From: Candidatus Heimdallarchaeota archaeon
GTDB taxonomy: Archaea > Asgardarchaeota > Heimdallarchaeia > Heimdallarchaeales > Heimdallarchaeaceae
Direction: 5' to 3'
DNA: 25,438 nt
Assembly: GCA_019057375.1 (NCBI GenBank)
Contig: DXJF01000140.1
Location: 1-25,438 of the forward strand
Position 1 is the stretch's first letter, and each line of letters starts with the position of its first letter. Made by a program: the position numbers and the translations under genes. Positions 25,128 through 25,438 of this stretch are shown here, piece after piece. The notes below the pieces were generated by a model. The model was given only the letters and a program-made list of their open reading frames with translations. It made no database searches and had not been told where the DNA came from.

Positions 25128-25155
25128 TAAAAAAAACGAAAAAAAAGAATTAATT
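25128..25155 (-). terminator. Oligo-T terminator after the DUF3160 gene
   Basis: Minus strand reads AATTAATTCTTTTTTTTCGTTTTTTTT after the TAA. Confidence 0.5.
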
Positions 25156-25438
25156 TTATATTTCTTCTTTTTTAGCTAAAGGTTGAGTACTTATTGACAA
25201 CAAAGGCATTGATAGTAGCATCCATTCAGGCAAAGAAGGAGGGTCAGCATCCAGCATACTTTGCCACTCCTCATCAGTTAGTCTACTAGTCATAGGATGC
25301 TCAAATTCATAGTAGGAAAAGGTTCCTCCTCTTGCCAGTCTAAGATTTCCTCGATGATCTTGAACGATTACATAGATAACAAAAGGATTTCCAGTACCGC
25401 GTGGAGGTGCGATCGGAGGCTCATCGGACAGTCGTAGC
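25156..25438 (-). CDS. C-terminal fragment of a DUF3160 domain protein (5' end outside the window)
   Basis: Manual translation: ...GTGNPFVIYVIVQDHRGNLRLARGGTFSYYEFEHPMTSRLTDEEWQSMLDADPPSLPEW...EEI*. The SYYEF/RLTDEEW/PxW pattern is characteristic of DUF3160. Confidence 0.75.
   Translation of the reverse strand, partial: LRLSDEPPIAPPRGTGNPFVIYVIVQDHRGNLRLARGGTFSYYEFEHPMTSRLTDEEWQSMLDADPPSLPEWMLLSMPLLSISTQPLAKKEEI

Noticed and set aside
1-25438. tRNA, rRNA or known riboswitches
   Set aside because: Intergenic spaces are short and AT-rich, and no cloverleaf or conserved RNA motif was recognised by eye.

Overview
AT-rich, gene-dense archaeal DNA with TATA/BRE promoters, GGTGA-type ribosome-binding sites and oligo-T terminators. 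The gene set is most consistent with an Asgard (Heimdallarchaeia-like) genome, but this is inference because no marker gene is present. The left end carries two different solo TnpB-family elements flanking a metallo-beta-lactamase-fold gene. One is a ~370+ aa IS1341-type TnpB with a rearranged RuvC-II, missed by the ORF track because it runs off the window. The other is an unusually large 622-642 aa TnpB/Cas12f-sized protein with a D-E-H RuvC site and a structured putative omegaRNA/right end. The centre holds a lipid-ligand neighbourhood: DegV, a tandem two-domain TMEM97/sigma-2-like EXPERA membrane protein, an SCP2 lipid carrier, and an in-frame fusion of an Fe-alcohol dehydrogenase to a W/Mo aldehyde:ferredoxin oxidoreductase. 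Further right, a membrane-tethered wHTH regulator precedes two paralogous acidic surface proteins whose promoters share an identically spaced tandem palindromic operator (CTACA-N6-TRTAR x2). Other points are an anchored M23 peptidase, a class II glutamine amidotransferase homolog lacking its catalytic Cys, a 5'-truncated DUF1295 remnant and a partial DUF3160 gene. No rRNA, tRNA or CRISPR array was seen.
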